This document shows positions 10,200 through 20,087 of a stretch of DNA of 33,359 nt, piece by piece. Under the pieces are notes generated by a model that saw only the letters and a list, made by a program, of their open reading frames with translations, was not told where the DNA came from and searched no databases. The stretch lies in the sequence record SRR31156797_1554. One strand, 5' to 3'. Made by a program: the position numbers and the translations under genes. Each line of letters opens with the position of its first letter. The stretch's first letter is position 1.

Positions 10200-12692
10200 A
10201 TGAAAGCAGTTGTAATGGCAGGGGGATTCGGAACTAGGATTCAGCCGCTCACTTCAAGCATGCCGAAACCTATGATTCCAGTTATGAATAAACCTATGAT
10301 GGAGTACATTATCGACTCTCTGAAAGATGCAGGGATTGTCGAAATTGTTATCCTCCTTTACTTTAAGCCGGAAATAATCAAAAGCTATTTCGGTGACGGA
10401 AGCGAAAAAGGGATCAAAATACATTACGTGCTCCCTGATGACGACTATGGTACAGCGGGCGCAGTCAAGAAAGCGCAGCAGTACCTTGACGAGCGTTTTA
10501 TCATCGTATCCGGTGACCTTATATCCGACTTCTCATTTCAGGAGATCCTCGGCTTTCACGATGTTAAAGACTCAAAAGCAACACTCACTCTCACATCTGT
10601 GCCAGACCCTCTTCAGTTTGGTGTGGTTATCACAGATAAAGAGCAGAAGATCGTGCGCTTCCTCGAAAAACCGGGCTGGGGCGAAGTTTTCAGTGACACA
10701 ATCAACACAGGAATTTACGTCTTTGAGCCGGAGATACTCGATTATATCCCGGAAGACAGCAACTTCGACTTCTCAAAAGACCTCTTCCCGAAGCTTATGG
10801 CGAGCGGCATAGACCTCTTCGGTTATAACGCTAAAGGCTACTGGAGAGACGTTGGTAACCCTGATTCATACAGGGCGGCACTCCTCGACATACTTAACGA
10901 AGATGTAACACTCCCTCTCCTCGGCGAAAAAGTCGAATCTGAAGGTGTGACAATATATAAAGGCAATAACGTAAAGATCGACGAATCAGCAAAACTCGAA
11001 GGGCTTGTTGTCCTCGGAGACGGCTGCATCGTTGAGAAAGAAGCAACTATAAAGAACTCTGTCCTTTCCGATAACTGCAAAGTGGGCGAAAAATCCAACC
11101 TCGAAAACTCTATCCTATGGAAAGAGGTAATGGTTGGCAAAAACTCAGATATAACAAGTGCTGTTCTCTGCGACAGGGTAAATATAGGCTCCTCAGTGAA
11201 AGCTGAGCACGGTGTAATCATCGCAGACGATACTGAAGTTGGTCAGCAGGTTATATTTGAGAAAGACATTATGGTATGGCCTGAGAAGCAGATCGAAGAG
11301 GGTTCCATAGTAAGCTCAAACCTGATATGGGGCGACAAGTGGAAAAAATCTATCTTCGAGGGCGGGAAAGTATCAGCGAGAACAAACGTTGAACTCTCCC
11401 CTGATCTTGCTGCCAAGCTTGGTGCGGCACTCGGTTCACAGCTTCCGGCTGGTTGCAGAGTGCTGATGTCGAGAGACTACGACAAGGCATCCCGAATGCT
11501 TAAGCGTACTTTCCTCGGAGGGCTTCTCTCAACAGGTGTTAACGTAACCGAGCTTCATATGACACCGCTCCCTGTTATGAGGCATAAGTTAAGCATGTTC
11601 GGCGAAGTGGCAGGAGTTTACCTCCGCCAGTGCCAGAACGACCCTACTAACACTGAGATTCTCTTTTACGATGAGTCTGGTATGCCTATCGACTCAGGAC
11701 TTGAGAAGAATGTTGAGCGTATCTTCTTCCGTGAGAATTTCCGCAGAGCGACCCACGATGATATAGGCGAAATCTACGACCAGAATATGGCCGGTGAAAT
11801 GTATAAAGAGAGTGTAGTCAAAAATATCGACATACCTCTCATCAAAGCACGCAGACAGAAGATCGTTGTCGACCTTCTTAACGGTACAACTAACGGTGTC
11901 TACCCTGACCTGCTTAACAAAATAGGCGTAGAGGCAGTTGTCCTCAACGCATACAGAGACGAGAGCAAACTCTCCAGAACTATGCATCAGATAGAGCAGT
12001 CTTTTAATGAAGTTTGCGAAATCGTAAAGGTGACAGAATCTAAGCTAGGTTTTGTTGTCTATCCGCACGGAGAGAGGCTAGGCATAATAACTGAGGCTGG
12101 CGAAACACTTAAGGAAGACATGGTGCTCATGTTCATCCTTAAACTCATCGATATCTCCGTTAAATCAAAGGTAAAAGTTTACCTCCCTGCATTCGCTCCG
12201 ACAGTGCTCGACGATCAGCTTATGAATGTTGAGATCGTTCGTGGCAAAACTGCCGGCATTAAAGCTGATTACCTGCGTAATTTCTATTTCACTGGTGATC
12301 TCTCTCGCAACTACTCCTTTATGGAGAACAGCTCAAACGCTGACGCTATGTACTCGTCAATCAAGATTCTTGAAATGCTCGCAAGGCAGAACGTAGAACT
12401 AAGCGATGTACTCAAAACCATACCTTCATACCAGTACAGCCACACCGTGATCAACTGTCCGCTGGAGATGAAAGGTTTCCTTATGAGAAAGATGAGCGAA
12501 GACGCAATGGATAAAGAGGCGTCATTCCTCGATGGTATAAAGATCATATTCCCGAACAAAGGCTGGGTACACATGGTTCCGGACCAGTATACAGCGAATA
12601 TTCACCTCTATGTGGAGGCGGTCAACGCCAAAGACTACAAAAAGATCCACACAGAGTATAAGGATAAGATCAACAACTGGCTGCAGGAGTAG
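10200..12692 (+). CDS. Sugar-1-phosphate nucleotidyltransferase (mannose-1-P guanylyltransferase-like) + left-handed beta-helix + degenerate phosphohexomutase fusion
   Basis: AGGFGTR...PKP, SGD, FLEKP, YWRDVG; hexapeptide repeats; C-terminal PGM/PMM-like region. Confidence 0.85.
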   Translation: MKAVVMAGGFGTRIQPLTSSMPKPMIPVMNKPMMEYIIDSLKDAGIVEIVILLYFKPEIIKSYFGDGSEKGIKIHYVLPDDDYGTAGAVKKAQQYLDERFIIVSGDLISDFSFQEILGFHDVKDSKATLTLTSVPDPLQFGVVITDKEQKIVRFLEKPGWGEVFSDTINTGIYVFEPEILDYIPEDSNFDFSKDLFPKLMASGIDLFGYNAKGYWRDVGNPDSYRAALLDILNEDVTLPLLGEKVESEGVTIYKGNNVKIDESAKLEGLVVLGDGCIVEKEATIKNSVLSDNCKVGEKSNLENSILWKEVMVGKNSDITSAVLCDRVNIGSSVKAEHGVIIADDTEVGQQVIFEKDIMVWPEKQIEEGSIVSSNLIWGDKWKKSIFEGGKVSARTNVELSPDLAAKLGAALGSQLPAGCRVLMSRDYDKASRMLKRTFLGGLLSTGVNVTELHMTPLPVMRHKLSMFGEVAGVYLRQCQNDPTNTEILFYDESGMPIDSGLEKNVERIFFRENFRRATHDDIGEIYDQNMAGEMYKESVVKNIDIPLIKARRQKIVVDLLNGTTNGVYPDLLNKIGVEAVVLNAYRDESKLSRTMHQIEQSFNEVCEIVKVTESKLGFVVYPHGERLGIITEAGETLKEDMVLMFILKLIDISVKSKVKVYLPAFAPTVLDDQLMNVEIVRGKTAGIKADYLRNFYFTGDLSRNYSFMENSSNADAMYSSIKILEMLARQNVELSDVLKTIPSYQYSHTVINCPLEMKGFLMRKMSEDAMDKEASFLDGIKIIFPNKGWVHMVPDQYTANIHLYVEAVNAKDYKKIHTEYKDKINNWLQE

Positions 12693-12697
12693 CAACT

Positions 12698-14782
12698 ATG
12701 AAAAAGCTGAGGCTCTGCTTTCTATGGCATATGCACCAGCCATACTACAAAGACGATCTTGACGGCTCATATCACATGCCGTGGGTATATCTCCACGGGC
12801 TGAAGGATTATTATGAGCTGCCTTATTATCATAATATATACAGCAGACTCAAGGGTACATATAACCTTGTCCCATCTCTGCTTGTCCAGCTTAAAGACTA
12901 TGAGAAGACCAGCGTTGACGATGTCTACATTAAGCTCATGCTAAAAGACTCCGCTACACTGACAAGAGAGGAGAAGGATATCCTTATCCCTCAGCTTTTC
13001 ATGGCTAACTATAAAAATATGGTCAAACCCCTTCGGAGATACAAAGAACTGTATGACCGTAAAGGGGACATAGATGTTTTCCAGACATCAAATTTAAACT
13101 ATTCAGCAGAAGAGCTTACCGACATGCAGGTGCTCTACCTGATTAGCTGGTGCGGTGTTTTCACACGTAACAGAGTCGATATAGTTAACCGCCTTATCGC
13201 TAAAGGACGTCACTTCAGCCACGATGAAAAGGTAAACCTTATCAATGCGCTGGCGGATTTCACTGCGGAGATAGTTCCTCTTTATAAAGATTTACAGGAC
13301 AAAGGGAAGATAGAGGTCACTGCGACCCCGTTCTATCACCCTATCCTGCCGCTCCTTTTAGACCCGAGAAGTGCAAAAGAGGCACTCCCTCAGATAAGCA
13401 TGGCGAGTATCAACACTGATTTCTCTGCTGATGCTGATTATCACGTGCAGTCCGCAATAGACTACTATGAAGAGGAATTTGGCAGGAAACCGACAGGTAT
13501 GTGGCCTGCTGAAGGGAGCATATCAGAGAAGGCTGCGGCACTTTTTGCATCCAAAGGTGTCAGGTGGATAGCGAGCGACGAAGATGTTCTCGCAAGTTCC
13601 ATCGGGCTTGACCTCCGCAGTCAAGAGAACCGCAAAATCTTATATCAGAAGCACACTTTCAGCTCCACAGAGGGCGATATTAATATATTCTTCCGTGACA
13701 AAGAGGTCTCTGACCTGCTCGGGTTCACCTATTCCGGCTGGGACGCTGAAAAGGCTGTAGACGACTTCATGGAAAAGATGTCTGACATCTACGACTCTTG
13801 CGAGTTTTCCCCGATAGTACCTGTGATACTTGACGGCGAGAATGCGTGGGAATTCTATCCTGAAAATGCGAGCCAGTTCTTCACACTGCTTTATAACAGG
13901 CTTGAATCCTGCAACTGGATTGAAACACTGACTATGAACGAAGCTTGCGACAGCGACACGCCGGAGCACAAACCAGCTAAAATACGTGCGGGTTCATGGA
14001 TTTACGCTAACTTCACCACATGGATGGGGCACGAGGAGAAGAACGAAGGCTGGCGGCTTCTGGCTGATGCGCATAAACGTTTTCAGAAGAAGAGAGACGA
14101 GCTTGACAAGGTTGAACAGATACAGAAAGAGTTATATATTGCAGAGGGTTCCGACTGGTTCTGGTGGTACGGTGATGATCACTTTTCACTTCAGTCTGAC
14201 ACTTTTGACAAGCTCTTCCGTGGGCATCTTGCAAACATCTATGAGCTGATGGGCGAGAAAGTCCCTACGGACGTAACAAAGCCTATCAAAAAGACTCATA
14301 AAACCGGACTTCTGAAAAAGCCAGCGACAATGTTTACCCCTGTAATAGACGGTCAGGTTTCGAGCTTTTACGAGTGGATAGGTGCTGGCAGGTTCGACCT
14401 GAAATTTGACGCTGGTGCTATGACTGCATCCGGCAACACACTTGAGATTCTCTATTTCGGTTTTGACAGAGACAACCTGTACCTCCGTATAGACGGCAGC
14501 TTCGGAACTGTTTTAAACATGGACTATGTTCTTGAGGTTGAAGTCACCACTGACTCCACCCAGACATTCGGCTTTCATTTTGATACAGATGGCGAGCTAG
14601 CCCACTGTACCGGTTCGATTTTTGAAGCAAAAATAGCTCTCAGCGAGCTAGGCGAAAATGTTGAAAATGCGGATATCATATTCCGCTTAAAGAAGGGGCG
14701 CACCGTTGTTGAGGTCGCTCCGCTATATAACACTGTCCAGATAGACTTTTCGAGAGATTTTGAAAAGGATTGGATAGTCTAG
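12698..14782 (+). CDS. GH57 amylopullulanase-like glycoside hydrolase
   Basis: LWHMHQP, GMWPAEG (nucleophile), LDGENAWE (acid/base), AEGSDWFWW. Confidence 0.9.
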   Translation: MKKLRLCFLWHMHQPYYKDDLDGSYHMPWVYLHGLKDYYELPYYHNIYSRLKGTYNLVPSLLVQLKDYEKTSVDDVYIKLMLKDSATLTREEKDILIPQLFMANYKNMVKPLRRYKELYDRKGDIDVFQTSNLNYSAEELTDMQVLYLISWCGVFTRNRVDIVNRLIAKGRHFSHDEKVNLINALADFTAEIVPLYKDLQDKGKIEVTATPFYHPILPLLLDPRSAKEALPQISMASINTDFSADADYHVQSAIDYYEEEFGRKPTGMWPAEGSISEKAAALFASKGVRWIASDEDVLASSIGLDLRSQENRKILYQKHTFSSTEGDINIFFRDKEVSDLLGFTYSGWDAEKAVDDFMEKMSDIYDSCEFSPIVPVILDGENAWEFYPENASQFFTLLYNRLESCNWIETLTMNEACDSDTPEHKPAKIRAGSWIYANFTTWMGHEEKNEGWRLLADAHKRFQKKRDELDKVEQIQKELYIAEGSDWFWWYGDDHFSLQSDTFDKLFRGHLANIYELMGEKVPTDVTKPIKKTHKTGLLKKPATMFTPVIDGQVSSFYEWIGAGRFDLKFDAGAMTASGNTLEILYFGFDRDNLYLRIDGSFGTVLNMDYVLEVEVTTDSTQTFGFHFDTDGELAHCTGSIFEAKIALSELGENVENADIIFRLKKGRTVVEVAPLYNTVQIDFSRDFEKDWIV

Positions 14783-14829
14783 CTTCTGTCATTGCGAGGG
14801 GGCAAAGACGACGCGGCAATCTTAGAAGC
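14782..14829. repeat. Half copy of a GTCATT-type REP/CIR-like palindromic repeat
   Basis: GTCATTGCGAG...GACGCGGCAATCT (ATTGC/GCAAT stem) enclosed by GCTTCT/AGAAGC. Confidence 0.6.
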
Positions 14830-14855
14830 AACCAAAACATTAAGGAACAAAATTA

Positions 14856-16895
14856 ATGAGCAAATTACCAGTACATTTAGGAATACATTGCCACCAGCCG
14901 GTGGGTAACTTCTATCATGTGATCGACCACGCAGTCGAGAAAAGTTACCTCCCTTACTTCGAAGTGGCACTATCTAAACCTGATTTTAAATTCAGCATCC
15001 ACTACAGCGGTTGGCTGATGGAATACATCAGAGATAACCACTCTAAACTGTTCAGCATGATGAAGCAGGCGGCGAAATCCGGCCAAGGCGAGTTCTTCTC
15101 CGGCGGATACTACGAGCCTGTGCTCGCATCCATCCCGTCAATAGACAGACGGGAACAGATCAAAAAACTGAACGGCTTCATCGAGGATAACTTCAAGGTC
15201 AGCCCGAAAGGTTTATGGCTGACAGAGCGGGTTTGGGACAGTTCAATAATCCCAGACTGCGCTGAATGCGGGATAGAGTATGTTATCGTTGACGACTATC
15301 ACTTCGTTGCGGCGGGCTTTTACGAATCTATGCTTCACTCGCACTTTAAAACAGAGCAGGACGGATGCGAGATGCTCATCTTCCCTATCTCAGAAAAGCT
15401 GAGATACCTCACACCTTTCAAACAGGCTGATGAGGTAGCTGATTACCTTAAAGAAGTGGCTGACAATGGAGGCAAATCTATCACTATTTTTGACGATGGT
15501 GAAAAGTTTGGGCTCTGGCCGGAGACTTATGAGTGGGTTTATGAAAAGGGTTGGTTATCTGATTTCATAGACGCAGTTGTTGAATCTGATCATTCAGAAT
15601 TTGCACTTTTTAAAGACACTGTAAAAGAGCAGAAACCAGCGCAGATAGCTTACCTGCCAACTGTTTCATACTTTGAAATGGGTGAATGGTCACTCTTTTC
15701 TGAGCGTACGGAAAAGATGGAAAAGCTTGTTGAAGAGATGGAAGAGAAATACGACGATGACACTACAAAGGTTTTTGTTAAAGGCGGAATCTGGAAGAAT
15801 TTCCTTGTGAAATATCCTGAATCTAACCGCATACATAAAAGGACAACGTCACTCAGTAAGAAGGCGAACGCATCTGGCGATGCAGAGCTTTTAGATGCGC
15901 TATATAAAGCTCAGTGCAACGATGTGCTATGGCACGGGATTTTTGGCGGTCTATATCTGCCAAACCTGCGTAACAACGCATACAGATTCATCATCGAGGC
16001 TGAAAAGAGGCTTGAGCTGGTGACAGGCATTAAGACCCCTTCTGTTGAGGTTGGAGATTTCGACTTTGATGGTTATGACGAAGCTTACCTCAGGGGTGAG
16101 ACGTCTAACTTCATGTTTACATCAAGAGATTGCGGTCAGGTCGTTGCCATCGAGGATAAGGATAACCTTTTCAACTTTCAGAACACTCTGACAAGAAGGA
16201 AAGAGGCATACCACGAAAAACTCTTTGAAGTGGAAGAGACAGAGCCTGCGGAGCCATCAGACGGTGAAATTATCGGAACAATCCACGACTCACAAACGAA
16301 AGTAGATGAAGAATATAAGAAATATCTCTGCTTCGACTGGCACAATAAAAACAGCTTCATAGATCACTTTGTACCGCAATTCGACAAAGAGGCTTTTGAA
16401 AATGTAACCTTCTCTGAGGTTGGTGATTTTGCTAATCAACCTGCGGAGATGAAAACAGGTAAAAGCAGCGTAACATTCGATCGTGACGGCGGTATCTACC
16501 TAGACGGTAATAAACATGAGACCTCTATCAGAAAAAGCTTCAAAGCTTTGAAAAACGGACTCGGCTTTGAGATAAAGATCAGCACTGATACAGATATATG
16601 CTATGTAATGGAGCTCAATCTCCACTTTAACAACATGGCTGAAACAACTATAAATAACGTTCTCGCTGAAGAGTACGACGGCTCACAATCAAAAACTTTT
16701 GTAATAAAAGATAAACACACACCAAAAGGTGTTAAAATTGAATTTGATGTGCCGACAGAGCTACATGCATACATAGTAAAAACTCTCTCCCAATCTGAGA
16801 GCGGTGCAGACCTGACTGACCAGGGGATATGCATCCTTGTACCTGTCAGGCTAAACGGTGATAAAATTATAAAAGGCAAACTGGGGCTGGTGTAA
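14856..16895 (+). CDS. GH57 4-alpha-glucanotransferase/alpha-amylase (DUF1925/DUF1926)
   Basis: HCHQP, GLWLTERVW, FDDGEKFG, AQCNDVLWHG.FGGLYLP, NTLTRR.EAYH. Confidence 0.9.
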   Translation: MSKLPVHLGIHCHQPVGNFYHVIDHAVEKSYLPYFEVALSKPDFKFSIHYSGWLMEYIRDNHSKLFSMMKQAAKSGQGEFFSGGYYEPVLASIPSIDRREQIKKLNGFIEDNFKVSPKGLWLTERVWDSSIIPDCAECGIEYVIVDDYHFVAAGFYESMLHSHFKTEQDGCEMLIFPISEKLRYLTPFKQADEVADYLKEVADNGGKSITIFDDGEKFGLWPETYEWVYEKGWLSDFIDAVVESDHSEFALFKDTVKEQKPAQIAYLPTVSYFEMGEWSLFSERTEKMEKLVEEMEEKYDDDTTKVFVKGGIWKNFLVKYPESNRIHKRTTSLSKKANASGDAELLDALYKAQCNDVLWHGIFGGLYLPNLRNNAYRFIIEAEKRLELVTGIKTPSVEVGDFDFDGYDEAYLRGETSNFMFTSRDCGQVVAIEDKDNLFNFQNTLTRRKEAYHEKLFEVEETEPAEPSDGEIIGTIHDSQTKVDEEYKKYLCFDWHNKNSFIDHFVPQFDKEAFENVTFSEVGDFANQPAEMKTGKSSVTFDRDGGIYLDGNKHETSIRKSFKALKNGLGFEIKISTDTDICYVMELNLHFNNMAETTINNVLAEEYDGSQSKTFVIKDKHTPKGVKIEFDVPTELHAYIVKTLSQSESGADLTDQGICILVPVRLNGDKIIKGKLGLV

Positions 16896-17915
16896 ATGTC
16901 AGAACTTAGATACGACCCTGTAAAACAACTCTGGTCGGTTATAGCCGACGAGAGGAGCAGAAAACCTGACGACTATCTGGTGAAAAGGCTGGAATTCAGA
17001 GCGGACGAAGTATCGGTCTGCCCATTTTGCAAAGGGAACGAAAAAACCGCCGGAAATGAAATTTTTTCCATCAAAAAAGACGGTAAATGGCAGACAAGAG
17101 TTGTACCTAACAGCTATCCGGCTTTCCGCATAGAAGGTGAACTTAAACGTACAGCACAAGGCATTTACGACACTGTTAACGCAGTTGGTGCGCACGAGGT
17201 TGTGATAGAGACACCTGATCACAGCACTAATCCGGGCAACTATACAGAAGAGACTCTGTTTAATCTTTTCAGTACATTTAAAGAGCGTGTGAACGACCTT
17301 AAAAAAGATACCCGTTTCCGCTATATTATGCCCTTTAAAAACTATGGGCTTCTCGCCGGAGCTACGATGGAGCATGCTCATTCGCAGATCATCGCTCTCC
17401 CTGTCACACCAAATGTTATCAGGACAAAGCTTGCGGCATGCCTTTACCACTATCGTAAAAAGGAACGCTGCCTCTTTTGTGATATACTAGATCAGGAGCG
17501 GAGTGAAAATGTACGCATTATATATGAAAATCAGGACTTTGTAGCGCTCTGCCCTTATGCATCTACTCAGCCTTTTGAGATATGCATATACCCAAAACGG
17601 CACAATCATTGCTTTGCTAATATAGATGAGGGTGAGCTGTCAGGACTGGCGGATATCACCAGAGAGATTTTCAGCAGACTTTACAAATGTTTAGAGAATC
17701 CTCCATTTAACATGGTGATTCAAACTTCACCACCGGTGGTTAAAAGACCATCACAGCCCGGTTACTGGACGAGCATCAAAGAGGATTTTCACTGGCACAT
17801 AGAGATTACGCCTAGGCTGACCGGAATAGCTGGATTCGAATCCGGAACCGGCTTTTACATTAACCCTGTTGCACCGGAAAGTGCGGCCGAGTTCCTGAGA
17901 GGTGCCGGCAAATGA
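16896..17915 (+). CDS. GalT-like HIT-superfamily nucleotidyltransferase
   Basis: SELRYDP, CPFC zinc site, HEVVIETP, HAHSQ (HxHxQ), HWHIEI.PR...AGFE. Confidence 0.88.
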   Translation: MSELRYDPVKQLWSVIADERSRKPDDYLVKRLEFRADEVSVCPFCKGNEKTAGNEIFSIKKDGKWQTRVVPNSYPAFRIEGELKRTAQGIYDTVNAVGAHEVVIETPDHSTNPGNYTEETLFNLFSTFKERVNDLKKDTRFRYIMPFKNYGLLAGATMEHAHSQIIALPVTPNVIRTKLAACLYHYRKKERCLFCDILDQERSENVRIIYENQDFVALCPYASTQPFEICIYPKRHNHCFANIDEGELSGLADITREIFSRLYKCLENPPFNMVIQTSPPVVKRPSQPGYWTSIKEDFHWHIEITPRLTGIAGFESGTGFYINPVAPESAAEFLRGAGK

Positions 17916-19339
17916 AAACTGTAATGGTCACCAGCGAGGTAACACCCTACTCCAGAACAGGGATCTTAGGCGATGCTGTAGCGGGTCTTTCAAAAGGGCT
18001 AGCTCATAAAGGAGTAGATGTTTGTGTGATATCACCCCTTTACCTCTGCATAGGTGTTAGCGAGAACGACCGCCAGCAGAAAGATACTCTCACAGTTTCT
18101 GCAGCTGGTATCGACTATAGTTTTGCAGTTTATTCTGAAAACAAAGACGGCATAAACTACGTCTTCCTTTATAACGAAGAGATGTTCGGCAGAAGATATA
18201 TATACGGAGCGGGAGATTTCGACTTTTCTGACAATGACATAAGATTCGGGATTTTCTCTCTCGCCTCACTGGAATACATGAAAAATATGGCAGTCCAGCC
18301 GGACATAATACACTGCCATGAATGGTGCACCGGGCTTGTCCCTGTTTACCGTAACCTCTTTTACGATGAGATCGGAGCGAAGATAATATTTACTGCTCAT
18401 AACATCTCATTTCAGGGGATTTTTGAAAAGTACAGCATTCAGGCACTCGGGCTTCCCTGGAGTATCTACAACATCGAAGAGCTTGAATACTACGAAGGGA
18501 TAAGCTTCCTTAAGGGCGGTATGGTACACGCTGACTATGTCACAGTGCCAAGCCCTACATACGCTGAGGAGATTAAAACCGAGGAGTTCTCCCAAGGATT
18601 CGGGCTTCTGATGGCTGACCTTTCACATAAGCTCGAAGGGATCATGGGAGGCATAGACTATGACAGGTTTAACCCTCTTGACGACAGCTACATAAAAGAG
18701 ATGTACTGCCACGAAAACATTGATGCAAAAGCGGGAAATAAGAAAGTTTTCCTTGCGGAATCTAAGCTGAAGGATGATAATCTCCCACTCTTTCTCGTAG
18801 AGACAAAATTCAACGAGCGCAAAGGGCTGGAGCTCATTATAGAATCAGCGGAAGAGCTATCAAAACTAGATGCTAACTTCGCTTTCATAGGATACGGTGA
18901 GTCGTACCTATGTTCTAAGTTTAAAGAGATAGGCAGTAAATATGAGAACATGTACACCTTTATAGGGTCTTGCGAAAACATGATACATAAGGCTTACTCA
19001 GCGGCTGATTTTGTCCTTCGCCCGTCACTATCTGAACCGGGAGGGAACAGCCACCTTAAAGGTATGCGCTACGGAGCTCTCCCTGTTGTGAGCAAAACCG
19101 GCGGACACATAGACACAGTAGTAGATCTCGAAGAGGGCGGATACGGCTTCTTTATTAATGAATACAGCAGACAGGAACTGCAAAATCAGATCCTGCGTGC
19201 ATTGGCTTTTTTCGGTAACAAACCTATATTAGCTAAGTGCATTAAGAAAGTGATGCAGATTGACTTTTCCTGGAGTACAGCATCTCTTAAGTATATTGAA
19301 CTTTACAGGAGGTTGCTCGGAGGCAGCTATGAACCTTAA
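17912..19339 (+). CDS. glgA: Glycogen/starch synthase (GT5), divergent
   Basis: GT5 layout: PDIIHCH, TAHN..FQG, LKGG, SPTYAEEI, PS..EP, YGALPVV..TGG..DTV, DFSW...A.KY. Confidence 0.82.
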   Translation: MKTVMVTSEVTPYSRTGILGDAVAGLSKGLAHKGVDVCVISPLYLCIGVSENDRQQKDTLTVSAAGIDYSFAVYSENKDGINYVFLYNEEMFGRRYIYGAGDFDFSDNDIRFGIFSLASLEYMKNMAVQPDIIHCHEWCTGLVPVYRNLFYDEIGAKIIFTAHNISFQGIFEKYSIQALGLPWSIYNIEELEYYEGISFLKGGMVHADYVTVPSPTYAEEIKTEEFSQGFGLLMADLSHKLEGIMGGIDYDRFNPLDDSYIKEMYCHENIDAKAGNKKVFLAESKLKDDNLPLFLVETKFNERKGLELIIESAEELSKLDANFAFIGYGESYLCSKFKEIGSKYENMYTFIGSCENMIHKAYSAADFVLRPSLSEPGGNSHLKGMRYGALPVVSKTGGHIDTVVDLEEGGYGFFINEYSRQELQNQILRALAFFGNKPILAKCIKKVMQIDFSWSTASLKYIELYRRLLGGSYEP

Positions 19340-20087
19340 AAAAATGACCAAAGTCGAACTTTACGAACTTGCGAAGAAGTTTAATGTAAAAAACAGAAGC
19401 AAGATGACTAAGCCTCAGCTTGTGGCGGCACTTACTGACTATGTCAAAGTTGTCGCTCCTGAGAAGACACCGCAGGCGGACAGTGAAATTGTGACCAGCC
19501 ATATGCCTGAAGAACCGGCAAAACCTGAACCTGCGAAAAAACCTGAATTCCCTATTCCAGACAGATACAACCTCGACACTGTTGTTCTGCTCCCTGTTAA
19601 CCCTAAAAAGGAGTATGTCTATTGGGAAGTTTCTGACAAGACTGTGGAAGATTACTGCGCAAGATTTAACATCAACCAGCCTATCTTCATCCTCAAGGTC
19701 TTTCAGAACGATGGGGATAATACTGAAGAACTTGCCAGTGTGCGTGTTTCGAAATACGGCAACTGGTACTTCGACCTATACTGCCCTGAGATGAACCTCT
19801 GGGCTGAGCTCGGCATACTCGACAGCAGAGGAAACTATTACCCTATAACCTCTTCTAAAAAGATCAAAATGCCAAGCGACAAGGTGAGCAAAGAGATAGA
19901 TAACGAAACATGGATGACCGTTGGAGAGAAGATCGAGCAGATTTTCGAGCTTTCCGGTGTTTCTGATGTTCAGAAGGAAGAGCTGCTCTCCAGTGCGAGA
20001 CTGCACACTGAGCTTTTCAAAAAACTCCACGAGCAGGAGGGAGGATTATCCTCTTCTTCCATGCTTAAAGCTGAAGGGGATAAATAA
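19329..20087 (+). CDS. DUF4912 protein with Rho-N-like N-terminal helical domain
   Basis: MTKVELYELAKK....RSKMTKPQL; P..Y....VVLLPVNP...YVYWEV; WY; Ser-rich tail. GGAGG SD before ATG 19329. Confidence 0.8.
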   Translation: MNLKKMTKVELYELAKKFNVKNRSKMTKPQLVAALTDYVKVVAPEKTPQADSEIVTSHMPEEPAKPEPAKKPEFPIPDRYNLDTVVLLPVNPKKEYVYWEVSDKTVEDYCARFNINQPIFILKVFQNDGDNTEELASVRVSKYGNWYFDLYCPEMNLWAELGILDSRGNYYPITSSKKIKMPSDKVSKEIDNETWMTVGEKIEQIFELSGVSDVQKEELLSSARLHTELFKKLHEQEGGLSSSSMLKAEGDK

